Shown here: in pieces, positions 38,326-49,865 of the stretch
Layout: each line of letters starts with the position of its first letter
Position numbering within the stretch: position 1 is the stretch's first letter
The notes under the pieces: generated by a model
The model's input: only the letters and a program-made list of their open reading frames with translations
The model's database searches: none
What the model was told of the DNA's origin: nothing
Position numbers and translations under genes: made by a program
Source of the DNA: Eledone cirrhosa
Lineage: Eukaryota
Direction: 5' to 3'
NCBI GenBank assembly: GCA_964016885.1
Contig: OZ024740.1
Span: 414,718,001 to 414,782,000, forward strand
Length of the DNA: 64,000 nt

Positions 38326-38625
38326 AGCTCAAAGAAATTAACGATAATAATAATTATTATATATATATATGGCATTAGGAAGGGCATCCAGCTGTAGAAA
38401 TCTAGCCAAAAACAGTTCTATATGACAAGAGATGGTCACCTGACCCATCTTGATCAAATGGAACAACCCGTATAACCTATGCTAGTGTGGAAAGTGGACG
38501 TTAAACGATGATGACATATATATTAGTGAAGAATAAGTATGCATAATGGGTTAATACAACAACAATTTATTCGGTAATTTTCCATTACAAATGTTTCGAA
38601 GGTTCTATAGTAGCTACATGCATAC

Positions 38626-38668
<43 letters not shown>

Positions 38669-39410
38669 CACATGTAATACATACATTATCACCATCATCA
38701 TTTAACATCTGTTTTCCTTACTGGCATGGGTTAGACAGGTCTACATAGAACAGGTCAGTGCTGAAGCAGAGTCATTGACCTTCCAGACGGGCTGGAAGCA
38801 GGGGTCTGCATCTCGCTTATGTAGGGTCTTGTGTTCTATCAAGTGCACAGGAGAGATTGTCATGTCTTTGAGATAACATTGTTTAGCAAGCTCTCTATGG
38901 TTGGATGCCCTTCCCATCACCAGCCACATTACAGTGTGTACCGTGTGTTTATTGTGTAGGTCAGCAACATTAGGGAGGCTGTCAAATCCTTCATATGACT
39001 GAGGGGTTCTCCCAACCTTACTATCACCAACCACTTAACAGTGTGTACTGAGTGCGTTTACCATATAGACCACTAACATTAAAGAGGTTGTTGCATCATC
39101 ACATGATCAAAGGGTCCTCTCAACACTTTTCTTTATAAGTAAGGTTTCTTCAGCGAGTACCCTTACAGCATGTACTGGGTAGGTCCTTTTCCCCAATGGA
39201 AAAGCACTCAGTGTACTGAGGAAGCAGAGGGGGGTAGGAAGAAGATATAAAAAAATAATAAATGAAATATATATATACATATGTATATATATATATATAA
39301 TATATTACACTCTGTATAGCTCTACACCTCATCTCAGAAGTGAACCTAAACATCGAGTGCTCTCCCGGGTGAACCTGCAGTAACTCCAAGTTACACCCCC
39401 TGGATATATA

Positions 39411-39752
39411 TATCATCATCATCATCATTTTACGTCCGCTTTTTCCCTGCTTGCAAGGGTGGGACGGGAACTGATGCTGGCTTGATTTCTACAGCTGGAT
39501 GCCCTTCCTAACACCAACCTCATTTACAGTGAGTGGTGGGTGCTTTTTTGCCGTGGCACCTCCACGACCACTTTGCAGTGGAATGATATGGACCCCAGTC
39601 CCTATCATCTCATTTCTACAGCTGAGTAAACTGGAGCAATGTGAAATAAAGTGTCTTGCTCAAGGAAACAACACATCATCCGGTCTGAGAATTGAACTCA
39701 CAACCTTTCGATTGCAAGGCCAATGCTCTAACCACTAAGCCATGTGCCTCCA
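39411..39752 (-). mobile_element. tRNA/CORE-like/RTE-tail SINE
   Basis: Near-identical to 4922-5259; TA-rich flanks. Confidence 0.92.
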
Positions 39753-40206
39753 TGTATATGTATATATGTGCGTGTATATATATATATGTGTGTGCGCGTG
39801 TATATATATATATATGTGTGTGTGTGTGTATAAGTGTATATGTATACACTTATATATACACACATATGTGTATATATATAATCGTATATATATATATGTA
39901 TATATATATACATACATACACATATGTATATATATTGTGTGTATATATATACATATAGTTATATATATATATACATATATACACAAATATATACATATTC
40001 ATATATACTTATATATACACACATATATATACATATATACTTATATATACACACATATATATATTTATATATATACACACAAAGATTTGTATATGTATAT
40101 ATACAAATATATACATATGTGTATTTATATATATATATATATATAAATACACATATGTATATATACATATACACATGTGTGTGAGTATATATATAAGTAT
40201 ATGTGT

Positions 40207-40237
<31 letters not shown>

Positions 40238-40270
40238 TATATATACATATACATATATGTATATATGTGC

Positions 40271-40301
<31 letters not shown>

Positions 40302-40511
40302 CACACACGCACAGATATACATATATATATATGTGTGTGTATATATATATATATATAAACACACACACACACACACACACATATATACATATGTATATGT
40401 ATATATATACACACACACACATATATGTATATGTATATATATATACACACACATATATATATGTATATGTATATACATATATATATACACACACGCACAT
40501 ATATACATATC

Positions 40512-40555
<44 letters not shown>

Positions 40556-40693
40556 TATATACATATATATACATATATATATATATACACACACACACAT
40601 ATATACATATATATATGTATATACATATAAATTATATATATACATATATATATATAAATATATATATACATATATATATATATATACGTATAT

Positions 40694-40727
<34 letters not shown>

Positions 40728-40985
40728 ATATTAAGAGATATCTATAAATCTATATATACATAAATATACACACACATATAATTCATATATATATATAAGA
40801 GAGAGAGAGAGGTAATTGAGGTTTTGATACCTTAAATTTGTATACATACATATACATAGCTGAGGTCACATATACACCTGCAAACGCAGTGTATATATAT
40901 ATATATATAAATATATACATTGTGTGTGTATATACATACATATATTGACAAAATATATAATAAAAACGTATACACGTATACACTT
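39753..40985. repeat. About 1.2-kb compound (TA)n/(CA)n microsatellite
   Basis: Directly visible; explains all Y/I/T/H-rich ORFs. Confidence 0.97.
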
Positions 40986-41605
40986 AAACTATAATAGTCT
41001 GTAAACTATACTTTATAAAGTGTACACAAATGCGCTTTTATAACATCTATATGTACATATATAAAGATTTACCACACGCACCCTCACACATATACATACC
41101 CACACACACAAATATATATAAATGTATGCATGTATACACAGAACAAAACAAACATATACACACGTTTACTGATTTGTCTTTTCTCGTGGTTATATTGGTA
41201 TAAATACACAACTCAAGACACTATAATTTTGTATATATATATATATATATATAATTGTGTTCGCTTGTGTTTATATACATGTATGAATAGTTGTATGTGT
41301 ATACGTATGTATACGTGCCTATATGTTCGTTTACATATCTATATAATTTTAAAGACACTTTGCTTGTTCTGTGTTTGTATACATGAACATATACAGATTC
41401 AAAATAACAGTTCTATAAAGTAAGGTGAAACTCGTAATGAGTGTATTTGTGATGTGTCAAAGGTAAATGAACATAAACAAAACTAGAATTACCATAAATA
41501 TATTGGAATATCTTTATTTTGACAATGTAAAAATAGTGTATTAATGATATTTGTACGTAAATAACACACATAGGGATGTGTACATATATATATAAATATA
41601 TACAT

Positions 41606-41666
<61 letters not shown>

Positions 41667-42117
41667 TGTGTATATGTGTGTATATATATAATCACAATCA
41701 CAATATACACCTGCCTACAAATGCATACATAACAAGTGTGCATGTGACTTAAAAGTGTGCTAATTTAGTAGGTAAAACGTGAGTATATAGAGAGAGAAAT
41801 TTACATCGAAGCTCTCCCTTTTTTCAAGTATATCTTTGTCATGGATAGAAGATATTATAAATACATATAAATAACCTTGTTATTGTTTATATATCCAAGT
41901 TGCATTGGCACGAAGCCGTTAGTGATTATTCTGGTCACATTTGTGTACCTTTTTCTCAAATAACACCGCTGAGAGTTCGAGTTAAGGTGAAGTAAGTGAA
42001 TTTATAAAAGACATGATTAAGTAAAATATAATAAATAAATAAATAATGAAATAAATAACTAAAACACTTATAAAGCGAATGAAAAGGTAAGAAATGACAG
42101 TTTAAATTTCAAATTAC

Positions 42118-42138
42118 CTTAGTGTTGTCTTCCTCCAT
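42118..42138 (-). CDS. Candidate first coding exon (MEEDNTK) of an unidentified gene
   Basis: Minus strand reads GAAATGGAGGAAGACAACACTAAG|gtaattt: good ATG context and donor, in a TE-poor block; no downstream exon identified. Confidence 0.3.
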
Positions 42139-42660
42139 TTCGGATTCCCTTCTGCTCTGTTAAACACAGAGCACGTAAATATTATATTGGTATCCCTCTT
42201 TTTCCTTGGACTTATTGCCCGGCAATAAGATTTACAATCAAGTCGACTAAAACCGTGGAAAGCAATAGTATCAATTTAGTAGGTAGATGGATTTGGATAG
42301 ATATAGATGGATTTAGATAGAAAGACAGGAACAGACAGCTCTGTCAGTCAGAATAAAAGCAACGATAGATACAGGTAGTATAATACTATAACTGTGTTGT
42401 TTAAAATTTCACAACAAAAAACAAAGCCTTTTAGTTTTGTTATATCTCTTCATGTCATTGCAATGCCTAGACATATTAAACGTGTTACTTAAGTTTGTTT
42501 TCAATATAGTTGCCACTGAAGAATTATATTTGGTCGTTTTTGTTTAGTGTTTATTGTTTTTCTTTTTTTGTCAATCACTTTTTTACCCCTTTTCGTGTTA
42601 TTGTTGTTCTCCCTCTTTTGTAGTTTTTGTTTGTTTTCTCAAGCTTTGTTGTTAATTGCT
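42139..42660. promoter_or_regulatory. Possible bidirectional promoter region
   Basis: TE-free stretch between a minus-strand ATG/donor and a plus-strand GAG|gtaagt donor; more CpGs than the flanks. Confidence 0.25.
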
Positions 42661-42813
42661 GTATTCCTCAGTGTACCAGGGAGAGAAGGGCGAAAAACTT
42701 GTAGTTTACATAGAGAGAGAGAGAGAGAGTGAGATAGAGAGGCTAAACGATAGATTGAGGAAGTAAGGAAAGAGAAACTTGCAAAAAAAAACAGTACTCT
42801 TCTGAAGACTGAG
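42661..42813 (+). other. Candidate non-coding first exon
   Basis: GA-rich segment ending in the consensus donor GAG|GTAAGT at 42814; start is uncertain. Confidence 0.3.
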
Positions 42814-43350
42814 GTAAGTTTAGATTAACAGTGGTAAGGCGCCTTATTTGTAATCCTTGTTTTTTCATACAGGTAAGATTACATCTTATTTTTCTGTTTG
42901 TTTGTAATTTTTTTTAATTGACTCTCTTTATGTTAGCACTCTCTGTCTTCTACTCCTCTGCCAGTTATTATAGTCTTCGAACTGCATCCTAAGAGCGTCT
43001 CTCTCTCTCATCTATAACTTAACTTGTGTCTTCTGCGTCAGAGCACTGCATTGAGATCAATTCCGTGGCAGAGTGAGAGCGGTGTCCAACCGGTGCACAT
43101 TTTCTCTTTCCATCATCAGACTTGCTTTTTGCAGGAGTTCATATTTCATATACTACTGCTTCACTCAACTTGTTGCATCTTTACTGCTATAAACATACTG
43201 CTACACGCCGTAACGATATTATCCGTCATTCTGCTTACTTTGTCTTCCTCCCTTCCAAACTTCTTCGATTGTTATTCTAGGTATTATTTCTTTTTTTCAA
43301 ACAAGTTCCTGTCAAATATTCCTGATGTCCTTGTCTATGCAACTCGCAAA

Positions 43351-43675
43351 TAATAATTGTTTCTACTTTTGGCACAAGGCCAGCAATTACCCAAATAATT
43401 GTTTCTACTTTAGGCACAAGGCCAGCAAAATACGAGTGCATTACTGGTACTTTATTTTATCGACCCCGTAAGGATGAAAGGCAAAGTCAACTTCGGCTGG
43501 ATTTGAACTCAGATCGTCCAAATAATAATCTTGAGATTGTGTCGCCGAAGTTTGCTTTGCATTTCATCCTTACAGGGTTGATAAAATAAAACACCAGTAA
43601 TGCACTGGAGTCGATTTAATCGACTTTTCCCTCACCCAAAATTGCTGGTTTTGTGTATAGTATGTGTATAATTAT
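43351..43675. mobile_element. Two opposed tRNA-derived SINE fragments
   Basis: Minus copy 43351-43517 with duplicated tail; plus copy about 43525-43675. Confidence 0.8.
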
Positions 43676-45669
43676 TAACAAGGTTGGTAGAAACGTTAAA
43701 TCTTCGAATCGTCTTACCAATTTTGAGTTCGAATCTCGCCTAAGTCGTTATCACATTTCTTTTCATGCACTTCTGTAAAATAAGTACCAGCTATATGCTA
43801 TCCTTAATTCAAACGATTGGAAAATCATGGTTATTATAATTGCTGATGGCTTTAAACTGGTTCAATTAATATCACGCAGTTAAGAAAAGAATGAATGTCA
43901 CAACTTCTCATTTTCATTACAGTCAGTATTGTTTTAATAGAAAACATTTTCGTAATAGATTTTATAAGGTGCCCGAAGCAGGTACTCGACTTGAACTATT
44001 AAACGGGTGTTTTATTTCGTCATCAATACTCTAGTAGAATGCCATTCAGTGTCTTCCAATGATTTCGATTTGAAAAATCATGTGAACATTAACTGATGAC
44101 ATTAATCTGCTAAATGTAGAGATTATTTTGTAATCAATCTGATAAACTGCCAGCAACAATTTTGTCACACTTTCGCTATATGATTTATTTGCTAGTTTTC
44201 CTAGTGCTCTGTCAAAATCTTAACATAACTACAGAATTGATTGTCACATTTTTGTCATAATTATTAGCTACATAAACTAATGGAAAAATATTCCATTTAT
44301 TTGTAATGTCTTTTGCTATAGTTTTTTTGGTGTGTGAGTGGGGGGGGGGGGTTAATAATGAATTCTGTTTGGCAAAGTTTTTACCGGTCAGTTATGATTA
44401 GCTTCTCATTTTTTAAAGTGTGTATTGAACATTCCTTAAAGCTTAATTAAAAGCGTAAATTTCAAACTGACAAAAAAGCACCCAGCACACACTGTACATG
44501 CGGTTGGCGTTAGGAAGGGCATCCAGGTGTAGAAATCTAGCGAAAAACAGTTCTGTATGAGCAGGACACGGTCACCTGACCCAACTTGCCTCAAATGGGA
44601 CAACCCGTCTAACCCATGCTAGCGTGGAAAGTGGGCGTTAAACAGTGATCATGATGAAGGGTGTTCATGGAGTCTAGTTCTCTTCATTGGCCACTGTTCA
44701 GAAAGAAAGGAGTGATTGTCTGAGTAAGGAATAGGGATTTGATGATGGCTGATTAAATAACACTCACTTCTCTCCTTGTTATCTTTTTCCCTGTTTTCTT
44801 TTTTACTCTCATCTATATCTCATTTTCTTTTGACTCTCAAACTCTCTCCCTTCCAATGAAAGATTCACTTCCAAAACGTTAAGACTCTTTTTCAACTATA
44901 TCAAGAGTTAAACTAATGTACTATCATTGTATTGTTCTCCTGAGCAACATTTCTCATCATTTAACTTCCACTTTTCTATACTAGCATATGTTGGACTGGT
45001 CATCACAGACAAAGTCAGCACTCAATCGCAGTCACTGCCTTCATAGATGTGCTGGGGCCACATCTCGCTCATGTACATTCTTACACTTTCCAGAGTGTAC
45101 TTGTTGCATTGTATTGTGGCACTGGCACTCAGGAAGTTGTTCTGTCCTTGACACATCTAAAGGGTCCTCTAAATCCTATGTTTGGCCAGTTTTCTATGGT
45201 TAGAATCCTTTCCTAACTCCAAAGACTTTACAGACTGTACCGGATGCATTTTCTGTGACCCCTGCACTAGAAAGGTTTTGTCTGTGGTATTGCTAAAGAG
45301 TTCTCTCAAACATGGTTTCTACAGCAGGATGTCTTTTGTAACACCACTTAACTGGGTTTATTTTATAGTGGCACCAGTGCTAGGGAGGCTATTGATCATT
45401 GAGTCGACTGAAGAGCCCTCACTGCACTATTGGAGAGGTGGAGGGAGGAAGGAGGCTGCCTTGTTCCATGGCAGCTATGTCTAGGTGTAAGATGGTTGGG
45501 AAGTATGAAGTGATGTGACTATAGGAAGAATGACAAGTATGATGTTATGTGTGTGTGTGTGATGAGATTTAACATTGTGAAGGGATCTTGAATAGTGTAG
45601 GAGGTACAGTGTTGATAAGAATAGTCTCTAAAAAGCAATGGTGTGTTGGTTGAGTATGAACAGTCAGGA

Positions 45670-46090
45670 CAGGCAGAAATGAAGGAGCATTTTGTTTTTA
45701 TAGGCTGTCTTCTCTAGTACCACATGTCACCCGTCATTGCAGCCCTTTGTCATCTGTCATGAGGTTCAGCTTCCTACGGTTGACATTCACTACTTCATCC
45801 CATATCTTCCTATGTCTGCCTCTTCCACAAGCCCCATTCACTGAGATTTCTCTACATTTCTTTATACAGCTGTCATTTTCCATACACATCATGTGTCCAT
45901 ACCAGCACAGTCTTTTACGTACACAACAATGGATTTCGCTTATGGCTAATTTTTCTCTCAACTCACTGACACTACATTTGTGCACACAGACATTACGCAT
46001 CCATTGAAGCATACTCACTTCATATTTTTATCACTTTCAGACATTTTCTGCTGTCATGGCCCATGTCTCACTGCTGTGTTGCATTGCAGT
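45670..46090 (-). mobile_element. RTE LINE 3' ORF remnant
   Basis: SMLQWMRNV...RLCWYGHMM...GRGRHRKIWDEVV. Confidence 0.85.
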
Positions 46091-46310
46091 TATATCCTAT
46101 CTAATGCTCTAACAACTTTGCCAGTCTACTAGTACTTTATATATGAACCTTGGAATGATGAAGTTAACTGCAGTAGGATTTATTTTATTGAACCATAAAA
46201 GAAAAAGTTGACAGTGGCTGAATTTAAACCCTGAACATAAAAGGTTATAGTCAAATAATGCAAGGCATTTTGTCAGATTCTGTTACAATTTTGCCAATCG
46301 ACTGTCCTTA

Positions 46311-46533
46311 AATAATTGTTTCTATTTTTGGCACAAGGCCAACAATTTTAGAGCAGGAGAAAGTTGCTTAAATTAACCTAAGTGTGTTACTGGTCTTTAT
46401 TTTACTGATTCCAGAAGGATGAAAGGCCAAAACTAACCTCAGCAGGATTTGAACTCAGAATAAAGAAACTCATAACTAAATATCACAAAGCATTTTTGTC
46501 CAAACCTCTACCAATACAGCCAATCTACAACCC
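46311..46533 (-). mobile_element. tRNA-derived SINE
   Basis: Family consensus match. Confidence 0.8.
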
Positions 46534-47482
46534 TAATAATAGTAATAATAGCTTTTAACAAACAATAACTACACCTTGGATAACTCTCATTAGCTGTTGT
46601 ACTGCCTCATTACAACTCAGACATCTCCCTTCCAGTCGAAGGCAATAGAAAAGTAGATTGATTGATTGATTGCTATGTTTATTGCTGTTTATCAATGCTA
46701 ATTTTGGACTTTTACAAATTGTTGGAATAATGTACTTTACATTGATAATCTTTCTACAAGTTTCAGCTGGTTAAGTTGATGGGATGTTGTTCTTATTTAG
46801 CCCCAACTTGAGGCAGTGGATTGACAGAATTATCAGCGTGTCTGACAAATTGCTTTGTAGCATTTTGTTACAGCCCTTGATGTTCTGGGGTCAAATCAAA
46901 GGCAAGATCAGCTTTGCCTATCAACTTTCTGCTGTCTATAAAATAAAGGGCAAGTACTTACTCAATTTAATTGACTTTCCCTTCCCCTAAAATTACTAGT
47001 CTTGTGTCTATGTTAGAAACAGTTATTTAGCCCCAAATCATCCTATATTGAGCAAACCTATGATCAAAGACATTCCAAAAATGACTACTTTGTCTTTTGT
47101 ACATCTTGGACTACATTGTCCAATGTTACCTTCAATTTTTTTTAAGATGGTAGGGTGTGATTTGAGGAACATCAAACTGTTATTTCTAGCAACCTGAGTG
47201 ACCATGTATAAGCTCCAATGTTAGACTGCTGACTGTTGAGTTGACAGTTCATCACCAGCACTACATTGTTTATGTTCAAACACTTAACTTTTAAATGGCT
47301 TTCTTCTCAGCTGAAAATATTTACTGTGGTTAGATAAAGGATAGTAGTGTAATTAGTAGGGTCATTGTATAATTAAATGCTTAAAATAGTTGCTTCAGAC
47401 AGAAACTTTCTTGTATTGAGGAGGACTTGATAAAAGAGGTAGAGGTATGGTGACATAGTATTTATCTGCATATAATGCAGCA

Positions 47483-47745
47483 ATGGGAAGGCATGTGGCC
47501 TAGTGGTTAGGGTGTCGGATTTAAGGTCATAATGCTGTTGATTCAATTCTTGGATTGGGTGATGTGTTGTGTTCTTGAGCAAAATATTTCATCACACATT
47601 GCTCCAGTCCACTCATCTAAAAACAAATACCAGCAGTAGCTGGGGATTAACCTTGTGACAGACAGGCATCATGTCCAGGGGAGAGTCTTGTATTCTTAGT
47701 CACTTAACACAAGCCAGTATGAGTCTCCTGGTTTGGGACAGACTT
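47483..47745 (+). mobile_element. tRNA/CORE-like SINE with a different tail
   Basis: TGGCCTAGTGG A box and cttgagcaaaatatttcatcacacattgctccag core. Confidence 0.75.
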
Positions 47746-47998
47746 TTTTTTCTTAGTGTAGCAGAAACTACATCTTCTGCATTGGTCTTCTAAAGATGGT
47801 TCTAAAACCTTCCAAAACTGAAGGTGGTCAAAAATAGCTTCATTTAACTTCCAATGTTGACTTAAGATCTTCCTCATCGGTGTTAGAAGGAGTGATGGAC
47901 ACAGCTAGGCTGACTTCCTCTAGAGGCATGAAAGATGGATGAACCAATTATTTATATACTAGACCATCCGTGTCCCTTTGGTTCATGGGTAGTCTAGT

Positions 47999-48367
47999 AA
48001 TATATATTGAGAGGGTTATAATATATATAGAAAGAGAGGGGGTTGTCATATATAGAAAGAGAGGGGGTTGTAATATATAGAATGGGAGGGGGTTGTAATA
48101 TATAGAAAGAGAGGGGTTGTAATATATAGAGAGAAGAGGTTATAATATATATAGAGAGAGGGTTATAATATATAGAAAGAGAGGGGGTTATAATATATAT
48201 AGAGAGAGGGTATTGTAATATATAGAAAGAGAGGGTTGTAATATATAGAGAGAGGGGGTTATATTATATAGAAAGAGAGGGGGTTGTAATATATAGAGAG
48301 AGGGGGTTATATTATAGAGAAAGAGAGGGGATTATAATATAGGGAAAGAGAGAGGGTTATATTATAT
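47999..48367. repeat. About 25-bp minisatellite (TAATATATAGAAAGAGAGGGGGTTG-like)
   Basis: Directly visible tandem array, preceded by the ACTAGAC...GTCTAGT hairpin. Confidence 0.92.
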
Positions 48368-48584
48368 TCCGGTACCCGGAAAAACTCCGTGTCTTGGGAA
48401 CCCATGCCCTGATCTATGCAAAACTTGTTTTATTCCATTTGTATTCTCATGTCAGGGGCAACTTATTTCAAAGTATTTTCCCATTATGCGCCGTTTTGAC
48501 TGTATTACATTACAGACAAGCACACAATCACAGGGTTTGAGTAGTATATATTTAATTAGAAAGTGAACAACACAAAATATAACT

Positions 48585-48654
48585 ACTCCATTACCAAAGG
48601 TTTCTGGATCACAGACGATAATAATATACGTCTGGATCGTTCGTCAGACAGAGC
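48585..48654 (-). ncRNA. Type I hammerhead ribozyme
   Basis: GCTCTGT-CTGACGA-AC-GATC-CAGACG-loop-CGTCTG-T-GATC-CA-GAAA-CC-TTT-GG-TA^ATGGAGT; stems I, II and III all pair. Confidence 0.78.
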
Positions 48655-49010
48655 GCTCTTTTTTCTTTGCTTTTCCTTTGGAATTACCTAACACACACAC
48701 ATATATATATATATAGAGAGAGATAGAGATTATAGTAGCAATCAGTATCCATTAGTTAAATATATCTTTCCTTGTACGGATAAAGACATAATTCTGCTTT
48801 AATAAGGTATGTAAACTTGTGATACAACATATTTAAAGTTGATTCATCCCAATATCTATATTGGATTAGCAATTCTAAATGTAATCATTTGTGTATTAAT
48901 GAAACATGTGTTAGTTATGTAATACATATTGGTCCTTCAATTAGGGAATTTGGTGTTTTCATGTAATTTATTGATATATATAAGTATGTTTGAAACAATG
49001 AGTGAGTTTT

Positions 49011-49292
49011 AAATTAAAAAATAGAAGCTTTTACCGTATTTTTTGACTAAATAAATTTTAGCCTGATAGTGGGGTTTAGAACCCTCTAAGAAAAGGAAAA
49101 GAGATGAGTATTGACATACATGTGAATCGAACCCATGCTGTAGCACAGTGGCCTGATAACCAAAGATGTGGGTTCGACTCCCATGTACATCAATACATAT
49201 CATTTTCTATTTCTTAAGGGGTTCTAAACCCCACTATCAGGCTAAAATTTATTTAGTCAAAAAATATGGCGAACGCTTCTATTTTCTAATTA
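49011..49292. repeat. Imperfect palindrome (~125-bp arms) centred on a tRNA-like sequence
   Basis: 49011-49135 vs 49169-49292; A box TAGCACAGTGG and B box GGTTCGACTCC at 49137-49192. Confidence 0.88.
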
Positions 49293-49314
49293 TATATATA
49301 TATATATATACATA

Positions 49315-49393
49315 CAGGGTGTCCCAAAAAATGTATACACACGTCTAACAGTATTCTAATAAAAGTCTGTATACATTTTGGGGGAAAATCCTG
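49315..49393. mobile_element. 79-bp Tc1/mariner-type MITE
   Basis: TA|CAGGGTGTCCCAAAAAATGTATACA...TGTATACATTTTGGGGGAAAATCCTG. Confidence 0.75.
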
Positions 49394-49684
49394 TGTACAC
49401 ACACATATATATATATAGCCACACACACACACACACTCTCACATGATGGGTTTCTGCAGTTTCCATCTACCAACTTTCACTCACAAGGCTTTGGTCAACC
49501 CAAGATGCTGTACTAAACCCCAAACCAGATGGTTACAAAGCAAACTCCTCACCCACATTGCCATTGACAAAGTGTCAGAGTTGATAAACACATTGAACAA
49601 ATTCTAAGTATGTTATTATTATGAATATGACAACATACAATGTGTTTTTATTGTCAAAATATTAACACTGAAGTTGATATGGCA

Positions 49685-49865
49685 GTTGTTATGGCTAGAA
49701 TACCTTGTAGTATTTGTTCCAACCCTCTGCACTCTCAAGTTGTTAGAATGTTAGCTAGAATGCCTTGCAGTATTTGTTCCAACCCTCTGCACTCTCAAGT
49801 TGTAGGAATGTTAGCTAGAATGCCTTGCAGTGTTTGTTCCAACCCTCTGCACTCTCAAGTTCAAA
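49685..49865 (+). repeat. Three 60-bp tandem copies of a SINE head segment
   Basis: gctagaatgccttgcagtatttgttccaaccctctgcactctcaagtt repeated with a 60-bp period, then runs into the SINE body. Confidence 0.85.

Noticed and set aside
39692-40983. Many long ORFs rich in Y/I/T/H/C/V
   Set aside because: Translations of TA/CA microsatellite
49055-49095. CTGATAG-GGGGTT/AACCC-GAAA hammerhead-like pattern in the palindrome arms
   Set aside because: Core is not CUGANGA and there is no stem I or III
49137-49192. Functional tRNA gene
   Set aside because: D arm, anticodon stem and 5' acceptor strand are incomplete
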